NCBI RefSeq assembly: GCF_009914755.1
Contig: NC_060927.1
Reading direction: 5' to 3' (one strand)
Source: the human T2T-CHM13v2.0 reference genome, Homo sapiens
Length of the DNA: 64,000 bases
The notes beneath the pieces were generated by a model. The model saw only the letters and a program-made list of their open reading frames with translations. It was not told where the DNA came from and searched no databases. A program made the translations under genes and the position numbers. Positions 30,323 through 46,223 of the stretch are shown piece by piece (within the stretch, counting starts at the first letter, position 1; each line of letters starts with the position of its first letter).

Positions 30323-30411
30323 ATGTGTAGGGTTATCAGACTATCACAACTAATGCTCCCCTACTGATGACCAAGGTAAGTTAGGCTGATCTGGCTGGGG
30401 AAGTGCCCCCT
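30323..30411 (+). pseudogene. Degenerate 7SK snRNA 5' fragment (retrocopy)
   Basis: Collinear with the recalled 7SK nt ~3-92; exact GGCTGATCTGGCTGG at 30384-30398, plus atgtg-aggg, cccc-a-tgat-cca-ggt and gtg-cccct. Confidence 0.7.
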
Positions 30412-33153
30412 CTGTTGTGCCTTGTGCTGTTACTGAGCTAGGGAGGTAAAGTACTTAGGAAAAGAGAATAACATACCCAGGCACAAGAGAACCTTTCTTT
30501 GGCAATGGGCACTTGCTTGCAAGCACCAACTCAATTTTCAGCCTAATTCATAGATCTGTATTTGGTATAATTAGGGATTTATCAGAGACAAAGAAAGTTG
30601 ACCCCGCATCCCATTTTATTCTCTACACACAGGAAACACAGAGGAAAGATTTTCTTTAACAGATGGTTTTAAATTAAATTGTATTCTGTGAACAGAAAAA
30701 TGGTGTATGGAAGCTAAGCTATTCTAGGTTCTGAAGAAGACAACTTTCTGACCACAGGCATAAAACTGCTGATCTGGTACCCAGTAACTGCAAAGTCAGA
30801 GGGCTTCATACTGAGCACCAGAAAATTCATACTGAAGTGTAGCAATAATCATTCTTCCCTCTCTATACAAACCAACCTCAGATAAAGTAATCTATGTTAG
30901 AAAATATATATTGTGTAATACAACAGAGCTAAAATTTAAAAGATTTGTGGAAAGAAGGCAGTCATTAGCCAGTAGCCCTACATTAATTTCAGAGCTTGAC
31001 ATTCCTTTACAGATAAGAAAGCTGAAGTCCAAGGAGGTTAAGTGTGATGATGATGGACGTACAATCCTTCAGGGCAGAGGCAGGGTTAGCAACACAGTCC
31101 TACAACATGGTTAAAATCTTTACAATTTCAAAATTTCATTTGAATTTCAAATGCACATTTCCGTTCTTACCAGAGTTACTTCAAAAATGAGTGGGATCAG
31201 TTTGCTTTCTTCCACAAGTCTGTTAAAAACAAGAAAAAAAGATAAGTGCACATTAGACAATTCATATTTGCACTGATGGCCTGATATAAAGCACCTCAGC
31301 CCCCATGTTTTATTGCTAAAATTCCATGATAAGAAATAGTATGATTAAACATTCTTTTTAAGACACTGAACTATAGCTATTAAACAAGAAATATGAGGCT
31401 TTTTTGCAAGTGACTACTAGCTTAGCCTTATTGATGTGTAGCAAGTGAAATCTCAAATAGATTGGTATTTTTAATGCAGGGATTAAAATTCACAATTATT
31501 ATAAAGACTATCAAAATAGGTAATATCAGCTGAAATAATGTAACCAACCCTCTCTGCACTGTTAAATCATAAAATGACACACTGTAATTTTTTATATATG
31601 CCTCATTAGCTGTATTCTCAGCATTAAGAAATTAATGTATGACGAATTTTAATGATCTTTAATTTTTAAAAAATTAGACACCAGTCACCTGGTAGACACT
31701 AGGCACTTTCCCTCATCAAATCTAGTTATCAATTGTCATCAATTGTAATAGAAGAATTTTTTCATAAAAGAGAAAACAGCCTTGGTAAAACCTAAATCAT
31801 TCAAAAGTCACAGTTTTGATTAAGAACAATATTTGTGACATCCAGGGAGGAGCCAAGATGGCCGAATAGAAACAGCTCTGGTCTGCAGCTCCCAGCAAGA
31901 CCAACACAGAAGGCAGGTATTTCTGCATTTCCAACTGAGGTACCCAGTTCATCTCACTGGGACTGATTAGGCATTGGGTCCAACCCACAGAGGGATAGCA
32001 GAAGCAGGGTGGGGCGTCGTCTCACCAGGGAAGTGCAAGGGGCTGGGGACCTCCCTCCCCCAAGCCAAGGAAAGCTGTGAGGAACTGTGCTACCCGGCCT
32101 GGTTACTACGCTTTTCCCACGGTTTTTTCAATCTGCAGATCAGGAGATTCCCTCGTGTGCCTATGCCACCAAGGTCCTGGGTTTCAAGCACAAAACTGGG
32201 AGGCTGTTTGGGCATTCACCAAGCTAGCAGTAGCGGCAGGAGTGTTTTTTCATACCCGGCAGCACCTGGAACCCCATCTAGACAGAACCGTTCACTCCCC
32301 AGGGAAGGGGGCTGAAGCCAGGGAGTCAAGTGGTCTTGCTCCATGGGTCCCACTCCCACGGAGCCCAGCAAGCTAAGAACCATTGGCTTGAAATTCTCAC
32401 TGCCAGCACAGCAGTCTGAAATTGACCTGGGATGATCTAGCATGGTAGCGGAGGGGAATCTGCCATTACTGAGACTTTAGTAGGTGGTTTTTCCCTGACA
32501 GTGCTAAGAAGCCTGGGCAGGGCAAAGCAGCTGTGGCCAGACTGCTTCTCTAGATTCCTCCTCACTGGGCAGGGCATCTCTGAGGAAAGGTAGCAGCCCA
32601 AGTCAGGGGCTTACAGACAAAACCCCAATCTCCCTGGGACAGACCACCTGGGGGAAGGGGCAGCTGTGGGTACAGATTCAGCAGATTTCATTGTTCCTGC
32701 CTGCCAGCTCTGAAGAGAACAGCTGATGCTCTTGACAAGACGGATTCTCCCAGCACAGAGCACCAGCTCTGCTAAGGGACAGGCTGCCTCCTCAAGTGGG
32801 TCCCTGACCCCAAGCCTCCTGACTGGGAGAAACCTCCCAACAGGGGTCGACAGACACCTCATACAGGAGAGCTCTGGCTGGCATCAGGCCGGTGCCCCTC
32901 TGGGACAAAGCTTCCTGAGGAATAAGCAGGCAGCAATCTTTGCTGTTCTGCAGCCTCCACTGGTGATACTCAGGCAAACAGGGTCTGGAATGGACCTCCA
33001 GCAAACTGCAGTAGACCTGCAGAAGAGGGGCCTGACTGTTTGAAGAAAAACTAACAAACAGAAAACAACAACATCAACATCAACATAAAAAACCCCCACA
33101 CAAAAACCCCATCCAAAGGTCATCAGCCTCAAAGATCAAAGGCAGATAAATCC

Positions 33154-34185
33154 ATGAAGATGAGGGAAAGTCAGCACAAAAATGCTGAAAATTTCAAAAT
33201 CCAGAATGCCTCTTCTCCTCCAAATGATTGCAACTCCTCTCCAGCAAGGGCACAAAACTGGATGGGGAATAAGTTTTACAAATTAACAGAAGTAGGCTTC
33301 AGAAGGCGGGTGATAACAAACTCCTCTGAACTAAAGCAGCATGTTCTAACCCAATGCAAGGAAGTTAAGAACCTTAATAAAAGGTTACAGGAACTGCTTA
33401 CTAGAATAAGCAGTTTACAGAGAAACATAAATGACCTGATGGAGCTGAAAAACATAGCACGAGAACTTTGAGAAGCATACACAACTATCAATAGCTGAAT
33501 AGATCAAGTGGAAGAAAGTATATCAGAGATGGAAGATCAATTTACTGAAATAAGGCATGAAGAAAAGATTAGAGAAAAAAGAAGGAAAAGGAACGAACAA
33601 AGCCTCCAAGAAATATGGGACTATGTGAAAAGACCAAACCTATGATTGACTGGTATACCTGAAAGTGATAGGGAGAATGGAACAAAGTTAAAAAACATAT
33701 TTCAGGATATTATCCAGGAGAACTTCCCCACCATAGCAAGATAGGCCAACATTCAAATTCAGGAACTACAGAGAACACAACTAAGATACTCCTCAAGAAG
33801 AACAACTCCAAGAAACATAATCGTCAGATTCTCCAAGGTTGAAATGAAGGAAAAAATGTTAAAGGCAGCCAGAGAGAAAGGTCAGGTTACCAACAAAGAG
33901 AAGCCCATCAGACTAACAGCAGATCTCTCTGCAGAAATACTATAAGCCACAAGAGCGTGGGGGCCAACATTCAACATTCTTAAAGAAAAGAATTTTCAAC
34001 CCAGAATTTCATATGCAGCCAAACTAAGCTCCATAAGTGAAGGAGAAATAAAATCCTTTCCAGATGAGCAAATGCTGAGGGATTTTGTCACTACCAGGCC
34101 TGCTTTACAGGAGCTCCTGAAGGAAGCACTAAATATGGAAAGGAAAAACTGGTACCATCCACTGCAAAAACACACCAAAATATAA
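33154..34185 (+). pseudogene. L1 ORF1p, disrupted
   Basis: ORF 33154-33471 encodes the ORF1p N-terminus and coiled coil; several downstream stops. Confidence 0.9.
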
Positions 34186-34248
34186 AGACCAATGACACTA
34201 TGAAGAAATTGCATCAACTAATATGCAAAATAACCAGCTAGCATCATG

Positions 34249-38042
<3,794 letters not shown>

Positions 38043-38306
38043 ACAATGAGAACACACACATGGACACAAGGAGGGGAACATCATACACCAGGGCCTGTCG
38101 GGGAGTGGAGGGAAAGGGGAGGGAGAACATTAGGACAAATACCTAATGCATGCAGAGCTTAAAACCGAGATGATGGGTTGATAGGTGTAGCAAACCACCA
38201 TGGTACATGTATACCTATGTAACAAACTTGCATGTTCTGCACATGTACCCCCAAACTTAAAATTTAAAAAAGAACAATATTTGAATCTCTAAATACTCTT
38301 TTAGTC

Positions 38307-38535
38307 CAGGGTTCAGAAAAGATTTTTTCCGTAACAGTCCAAATAGCTAATAGCCCAAATATTTCAGGCTTTGCAGGCCACATTGTCTCTATAGCAACTA
38401 CTCAACTCTGTCATCATAAAGTAAAAGCAGCCATAAAGAATATAGAAAGAAATAAACATGGGTGTGTTCCAATAAAACTTTATTTATAAACAACAGGCAG
38501 TGGGCCATGTTTAGGGGAAAGCTACAGTTTGCAGG
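38307..38535 (+). mobile_element. MER58A (hAT-Charlie)
   Basis: aggctttgcaggcca...gcaactactcaactctg...gtgttccaataaaactttattta. Confidence 0.85.
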
Positions 38536-38848
38536 TTACCGCTTCAGTCCAAAAAATAAAATAAAATCATATTCCTTTCTACTATTTTATTAGAATTTTG
38601 TATGATAAATTACAGAGCTTAAGACAAACATGTTACATATGTTGTAGGTATGTGTAGTTTGTCTATTTCACAGAAAACACCAGATATTTAATAGTATGAT
38701 TAAATGCTCACGGATAGAAAGGGAATTTTAACATCTGGCCTCCCAGGAGCTTATTTGTCTATGATAACACACTGATAAAAGAAAAGCCTATGAGACTAAC
38801 CAAAAAAGATCACAGTGTTTACATACACTTGTGAAGGGAAAATGAGAT

Positions 38849-39083
38849 ACAGAGATTTACCAAAGACTGAAGCACTTAGAAAGTCCACCTTGATGTCTAG
38901 CAAAAAAAAATGTGATTACTATTCATTGCAGCATTATCCATAATAGACAAGATACGGAAACAACCTAAATGACCATCACTGGGTGAATGAATAGAAAAAA
39001 ATGCAGCATATGTACACAATGGAATACTCATCAGCCTTAAAGAAACAAGAAACTCTCATTTGTGACGATAAGGATGAATTATC
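38849..39083 (+). repeat. Inverted repeat, left arm (donor), 235 bp
   Basis: Reverse complement of 40234-40468 with 2 mismatches. Confidence 0.97.
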
Positions 39084-39480
39084 CTAAGTGAAATAAGTCA
39101 AGCACAGAAAAACAAATACTACATGATTTCACTTATATGTAGACTCTAAAAAAGTCAAACTCAAGAGAAGTAGAGGGTAGAATGGTGGTTACCAGAGTGG
39201 GAAGGTGTGGACAAGAAAAGGAAAGATATAAATCAAAGGGTATAAAGTTAAGTTAGACAGGAGAAATAAGTTAGTTAATAATAATGTAGTATGTATTTCA
39301 AAATTATTACAAGAGTAGATTTTAAGTGTTCCCACCACAAAGAAATGATAGCACGTGAAGTGATGGACATGTTAATTAGTCTGATTTACTCACTCCACAA
39401 AGTATACACATATCATAACATTACACTCTATGCCACAAATACACAATTATAATTGTCAGTTAAAAATAATTTTAAATAAA
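38920..39480 (+). mobile_element. L1MA-like 3' end
   Basis: ttcattgcagcattat, ctaagtgaaataagtca, agagtagattttaagtgttcccaccacaa. Confidence 0.85.
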
Positions 39481-39801
39481 TAATGTTGATAAAGTTTAAA
39501 AATAAATAGATGTGATCACTTCTGTAGTTTCAATGAAAACAGTTTTGGTGACAAATGTTAAGTTCATTTATATTTTCTCTCTTTCCTGGGCAATTGAATG
39601 AAGGCTCAGACGTGAGGCTGAGGCTCCTTACATCATGCCTAGGTAGGACAGGAAACACGCAGACTCAAAACCACGAACAACTTCAGGTCCAGCACATTCA
39701 CAGTCTTCTTCCTCAGTTTCCTTAAATTTGTCTTCTTAAGTTTTTATGATTTATACTATTATTAGGCCTGGGCTAAAATAACCAAGCACATACATCTCAG
39801 A

Positions 39802-39825
39802 GTTGCCCTGGCAACCGAGGCCAAT
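39802..39825. promoter_or_regulatory. RFX X-box palindrome with adjacent CCAAT
   Basis: GTTGCCCTGGCAAC (39802-39815) fits GTNRCC-N-RGYAAC; CCAAT at 39821-39825; motif evidence only. Confidence 0.6.
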
Positions 39826-40233
39826 GAAGTCAGAAGAACATAAATGCCACGACTTCTCCAATGGTACCTGGACGATCCAGAGCATCACTCACAACACCGG
39901 CCCTTTAACGGTAGTATTTTAAACTATATTCTACTAAGGCATAACCACACAAAACTATCTTAATTCCTTCTTAAGAACTGCAGCTAGTTCTTCTCCAGGT
40001 CTCTGCATGATGCGCACGCTGGCCTGGATTACCTCTTAAGTCTCTTTGACTATAAATGCTAACATTCCATTCTCACATTCTTCTGAATACAATATACCAT
40101 AACAATTTTTGTTCTTTGATTTGACTAATTATGTAGCTCTAAACATAATTTAGAGCTACATAAATTATTCCTGGGTAAATAAAAAGAGAATTCAAGCTAA
40201 GTAATTTTTTTTAGTGGTAAGCCTAATAAGGAC

Positions 40234-40468
40234 GATAATTCATCCTTATCGTCACAAATGAGAGTTTCTTGTTTCTTTAAGGCTGATGAGTATTCCATTG
40301 TGTACATATGCTGCGTTTTTTTCTATTCATTCATCCAGTGATGGTCATTTAGGTTGTTTCCGTATCTTGTCTATTATGGATAATGCTGCAATGAATAGTA
40401 ATCACATTTTTTTTTGCTAGACATCAAGGTGGACTTTCTAAGTGCTTCAGTCTTTGGTAAATCTCTGT
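40234..40468 (-). repeat. Inverted repeat, right arm (inserted copy), 235 bp
   Basis: 233/235 identity to the reverse complement of 38849-39083. Confidence 0.97.
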
Positions 40469-40969
40469 TAAAAAAAATTTCTGTATTGTTTTCTATGACT
40501 TATGAACTCACCTCAAATGTAATTTCAACTGACGGATGTTAAAGCAAGTAAGGAAGAAGGGTGGCTGCAAACATTTACAATTCTCTAAGGCAGAATTTTT
40601 CTAAATTGTGAGAGGTGATCAATAAGTGGACAATGAGATTAGTTTACTGGGTATTGACTAGCATGTTTTTAATTAAAAGAATAAAACAGAATATCCAAGG
40701 GTATCGCACATAGTATTGTTCTGTAATGTACTGAGTGGTAGCATAAAATGCTTTTCTTTTTTTAAACCATGAATTGAATAACTTTTGATAAAATATCTGA
40801 TATCCACGGATTTAAGGAGATTGCTTTAGAGACAATATTCATTTGTTTTTCAGTAATTTCTTAAAATGTGGTTTTAAAAAATCGGTCTCCTTACTTTAAG
40901 CATCTCCTCTCACACAAGCATAGGTCCAATTGGTGGAGACAGTGATCAAACCCCAACGCACTCTGAATT

Positions 40970-40988
40970 GTGGCGCCATCTACTCAGC
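40970..40988 (-). promoter_or_regulatory. Possible CTCF-like motif
   Basis: Minus strand gctgAGTAGATGGCGCcac; core matches but the conserved upstream CC reads TG. Confidence 0.3.
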
Positions 40989-42031
40989 GCACCCTTCATT
41001 TGATGCAGTACTTTGGAGAGCAGCTCCGGTGCTCAGGCCTCGCAGAGGCCAAGGAGGATGAGGCTTACCACTAAAAAAAAGTTGATGTTGCTGATTTCTA
41101 GAGAATTATCAGACAACAAGTATTCAATAATCATAGCAGATCTTACAAAATAATGACGCAAAAGACTCTTTCACTATCGGGCTCTGTTGTGGTTGGCCAC
41201 CATGACTTAAATCATCTGTCATTTTACTACATGGGCTTGTTATATCCTAAATCCGAAAAGAATGAAATGTCTATAATTTACAGACAGCCTGAAGGACAAG
41301 AAGTGAAGAGATTTACCTAAATTTTTTTAAACCAAAACCAAACAAAATGAAGACCTTTTTGAAATTATCCCTGATCTTCAAAGGATTCTCAACATATTAA
41401 CTATGTTACAGTATACTTTTCTTCCTTTATTTTAGCCAGCTAAGCACACTGTGTTTAAGTAACTCCAGATGGGTAAACTAAAATATACTGCACTTCCCAA
41501 ATGCAGTTTCCAGGACCACTTTACCCTGGGGTTGGTTGGTTTGTTTCCCCTTTAAGGGTGCCATTTAATGACAGATTTCATGTGGTTAAAGAGTCTCCCT
41601 TACAAAGTTTGGGTTCAGAAACCATTTTGTATATCTGTGGTTTATATTATTAACAAAGGAGGTAGTGTTTCAATTACCAAGTTTGGAATAAACTTATAAA
41701 ACCTTTAAGAATACATTATTTCACACTCTAACTCCCTCCTGTGCCTAAATGTTACCCTTAATGTTGGAAAAAAATTTTTTAATTTATTTATTAATGTTTG
41801 ATAGTCCAAGTGTCAATACACAATATTTTAAATGTCATGTATTTAAGTACTATTTAAATAAACTATGTATTTAAATTAGGATAATTATTTAGTTGAGATT
41901 CATCTATGGAAGCTACAAGCACAAATTGATCTTAAGATGATTTTGTCACGAAATGTGCTGTGATTATTAAATAATTAAAATGCAAATTTTAAAGAATGAG
42001 TCAATACTTTTCATGTAAGAAAGTACATTGC

Positions 42032-42327
42032 TTTTTTTTTTTTTTTTGAGATGGAGTCTCGCTGTCACCCAGGCTGGAGTGCAGTGGTGCAATCTCAGCT
42101 CACTGCAAGCTCTGCTCCCAGGTTCACGCCATTCTCCTGCCTCAGCCACCCGAGTAGCTAGGACTACAGGCGCCCGCCACCATGTCCGGCTAATTTTTTT
42201 TGTACTTTTAGTAGAGACGGGGTTTCACCATGTTAGCCAGGATGGTCTCGATCTCCTAACCTCGTGATCCACCCGCCTCGGCCTCCCAAAGTGCTGGGAT
42301 TATAAGCGTGAGCCACCGTGCCTGGCC
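42032..42327 (-). mobile_element. AluY
   Basis: gcaagctc, ttcacgccatt, gatggtctcgatctcc; TSD aaagtaca(c)ttgctttt. Confidence 0.95.
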
Positions 42328-43829
42328 AAAAGTACACTTGCTTTTGAGGTAAAGTCATAGCAGTGGCCTATGGAATATGGTGGCCTTGGTCTTTCTCTAT
42401 TTTCTGGCACAGCTGTATTTCATGTCCATTGAAAACAAAGGCTAAATATAAAGTAAATCTGATAATATTTAGATATAAATTACTAGCTGCAATTTAGGAA
42501 AAGTAGGAATAAGGAGATTAACTTCATTTATATTCAGAGAGATAAAGAAGTGGGTTGAGCTAAATTTCACACCATTATTAACATTTTCTAACTTTCCTTT
42601 AAAATTTAAAACTTTTGCCTCAAGGCCATGTAGGGATGAACCAAGAATAAAATTAAGAGGAATGAAGTCTCTCTGTCCTACCCCCACCTTAGTCCTATTT
42701 ATTCAGAGAGCAGAGGAATCAGGAGAAGGGAGAGGTAAATAAAGAAGGGAAAGAATCTCTGCCTGTTCTGAGCTCAGTTTTGCAGGACAAAGACATTAGC
42801 TCCCCCAAGAATGACAGGACAGGTCCATGGAGATCACTGGGTTGGTCCATGGAGCTGCCCCATCTTAGGTTCCCTTGCTTGCTTGCAGTTTTTATCTACT
42901 CATAAAAAGAGTAGACAAGACACATGAAGCAAGACACATGACACAAGAGGCGTAAGTCCCGATCCACTGTCTTTGAGCCCCCATCCGGCAAGGACACACT
43001 GTCATCTCCAAAGGGATTCTCCATCTCCATCTACGCTCTCTGCCTTTCGGGCATCCACCTTGTCATGCAGTTCTTACTTAGATACAGACTTGATTTTCTG
43101 GCAACTACCTCAGTATTTAATTTATGATTAACATTACTGAGCTCTTGCCATGGGCTAATCTTATAAACTCAAAGTCCATGCCCTCAAACTCCAGAGTCAA
43201 GCAGGTTAACAGATATACAAACAAATATAAAAGTAGAATTAACTTCTATCACAGATATGCATGTATGCACAGGATGTAAGGGAACAGACACGAAGAAAAC
43301 CTAGCTAGCCCAAACTGGTGAGAGGAGGTGTTCGTGAGCCTTGAAAGACTGTAGGAATTGGCCAGTTATGATGTGGGGAGGGGCAGGCATGATAGAGGAG
43401 GGTAAGGAGGACTACCAGGAGAGCATTGTAAAAGGTCAGTGTGACAGATGGAACAGAATGATACAGCCTTGAATGCCATGCTAAGAAATGCTAAGAAGTT
43501 TGGGTTTTACCCTAAAGGTTATGGGTAACCTCCAAGGATTTTAAGCAAAATGACACAGAAAGATTTGCTGTTCAAACTCCAATCTGATTGTAACAGGAAA
43601 AATGAACTGGAAGAAGTGTAGTCTAGAACACTGCTAATCAAAGTGTGGTCTGCAGACCAAAGATAGCCTACAAACTGTCACAGGTCTATGACAAGATAAC
43701 TACAGAAATCTGAAAGATAGTTTATTTCTGTTGGCTCTAATGATAAAAAATTTGAAGTTTGTGACAGTTTTAAAATATGGCCCCACCAAAATATAAAAAA
43801 CAGGATATTTATACAGTACCTCCCCATAA

Positions 43830-44390
43830 GATATTTATAATATCTGAGAAACCTGGCAAACACCACAAAGGGAGCAAGTTTCACATCACAGTCATAAGAC
43901 ATATCCCCATGGTATACACTCCAATATGATGCACTGAGGAGGGGACAGCATCACTTCCATGTTATTCTTGCCAAAAATGCATGACCTCAATCTAATCACG
44001 GAAAAACATGAGACAAACTTAAATGGAGGAGCATCTTACAAAGTAACTACCTAGTACACAAAAACGTATTATGGTTATGAAAGACAAGAAAAGGCTGAGG
44101 AACTGTTCCAGACTAAGGAGACAGAGAAACAAATGTAATGTGGGATCCCAGATTAAATCCTGAACCAGAAAAAGTATATCACTTGGAAAATGGGTGAAAC
44201 TGGAATATGATCTACAGTTCGGTTAACAGTATATCAATGTTAATTTCCTGATTTTGATAACTGATAACCGTTCTATGGCTATGTAACATGTTAACAGTAG
44301 TGAAAGCTGGCTGAAGGACACATGGAAATTCTTTGTACTACTTTGACTCTGTAAGGTTAAAATTATTTGAAAGTTTAAAAGTTTTTTAAA
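43830..44390 (+). mobile_element. L1MC-like 3'UTR
   Basis: gagaaacctggcaaacacca, attcttgccaaaaatgcatgacctcaatctaatca, atcaatgttaatttcctgattttgataa. Confidence 0.75.
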
Positions 44391-44567
44391 ATGACTTCTG
44401 ATTTATTTGACTCTTCTCTCAGAAGAAGGATTTGTGTCTTCTTCCTGTGAGTCTGGGCAAGTTTAGGACTGCTTTGACCAAGAAAGTGGCATAGAAGTGA
44501 CACTTTCTATGTGCCTATATTCTGTGTGTCTTTTTTGAATTTCATCTTTATAGTGTTTTATAAAAAT

Positions 44568-45165
44568 ATTCTAGTTACCTTTTGCTGCATAACTAGCTAC
44601 TCCAAACTTAGTGGCATAAAGCAATAACCATTTTATGAAGTTCATGGATTCTGTGGGTCATGAATTTCGGCAGGACACAGTGGGGATGACTCGTCTTTGT
44701 TTCATGACGTTTGCGGCCTCAGCTGGGAAGACACAAAAGCTGTGGGGGATGGGAACAGCTGGGGGTTGTGATCACCTGAAGGTTTCCTCACTCACACTTC
44801 TGGCACCTGGGCTGGGATGATTCAAGGAAGGCTCAGTTAATTCTGTTGACTGGAGCATCTATCTATAGCTGCATTCTCCATGCAGCTTGGCCTCTCTCTG
44901 CATGATAGCTGGGTGCCAAGAGGAAGCATCCAAGGAGTAGGCTTTCAAAGAGAACCAGATGGCTTTTCTAACCTAGCTTTGGAGGTCATAACATCACTTC
45001 TATTGTGTTCTAAGTGGGCATGCGCAAGTTATGAAGGCAGTCCAGATTCAAATGGAGTGCAACTAGACTCCACCTCTTGATGGAGTATGGCACAGCTACA
45101 ATACAGAAGGGCATGTGGAATGGGAAATATTATTACAGACATTTTTGTAAAATATGATCTACTAC
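44568..45165 (-). mobile_element. MaLR LTR (MLT1G/H-like)
   Basis: tttgctgcataac...ccaaacttagtggcataaagcaa...gattctgtgggtca. Confidence 0.7.
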
Positions 45166-45209
45166 AGTATGAGTCTGCAACAAATAGAAAAATTTAAAAC
45201 TGCTTCTTT

Positions 45210-45494
45210 GGCCGGGCATGGTGGCACATGCCTATAATCCCAGCTCTGTGGGAGGCCAAGGTGGGCAGATCACTTGAGCACCAAGAGTTTGAGACCAGCC
45301 TGGGCAACATGGAGAAAGCTGGTCTCTATAAAAAAAAAAAATATAAAAATTAGCCAGGCATAGTGGTGGGTGCCTGTAATTCCAGCTACTCAGGAGGCTG
45401 AGGTAGAAGGATCACCTGAGCCCAGGGAGGTCAAAGTTGCAGTAAGTCAGTAAGTTGTGATAATGCCACTGCTCAATGTCTCAAATAAATAAAT
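45210..45494 (+). mobile_element. Alu (J/S) with a small 3' deletion
   Basis: Alu dimer; TSD aactgcttc on both sides. Confidence 0.9.
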
Positions 45495-45593
45495 AACTGC
45501 TTCCTCACCAGTCTGAGTAGCACTAGCCTACGTAACCAGAGAGACCTGTTAATAGGCCACTACAGCAATCTAAGGGGGACACCAATGGGGCCT

Positions 45594-46223
45594 TGTATTA
45601 GTTTTCTATTGCTGCCTAACAAATTCCCACAAACACAGCAGCTTAAGGCAATACCCATTTATTACTCCAATGTCCTACAGGTCAGAAGTCCATCTCAGCA
45701 TGGCTGGTTAACCATATCAGGATACCACAAAGCTGGAATCATTGTGTCAGCTGGGCTAAGTTCCAGTCTGGAGGCTGGAGGTGGAGGGGATACATTTTCA
45801 AACTCATTCTTATTGTTGGCAGAATTCAGTTCCTTGCAGTTGTAGGGCTGAAGTCCTCATTTCCTTGCTGCTGCCAGCTAGGGATCTCTCTCAGCTCGTA
45901 GAGCCACACATATCCCTTACTATGTGGCCCTCTCCTTCTCTAAACCAGCGAGTGAGGATCTCCTCCACGTCAAATCCTTCTCAAGCCTCAAATCTCTTGG
46001 ACTTCTCTGTCTCTGACCTCTAGACCACATTTAAAGGGCTCTTACGATTGGTCAGGCCCACCCAGATAATCTCCATATTTTAAGGTCAATTAATTTGCAA
46101 CCTTAATTACATCTGCAATATCCCTCATAACAGCACTAAATTAGTGTTTAATTGACTGGAAGTTGCTATAGATACACCAGTGGCTGGAAATCTCCAAGGC
46201 CATCTTGCAGTTCTGCCTACCAG
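45594..46223 (-). mobile_element. MaLR LTR (MLT1E-like)
   Basis: Starts tgtattagttttctattgctgc, ends ttctgcctaccaga. Confidence 0.8.

Noticed and set aside
41196-41210. Perfect Kozak GCCACCATG
   Set aside because: Followed by ACT TAA (two codons) with no promoter context.
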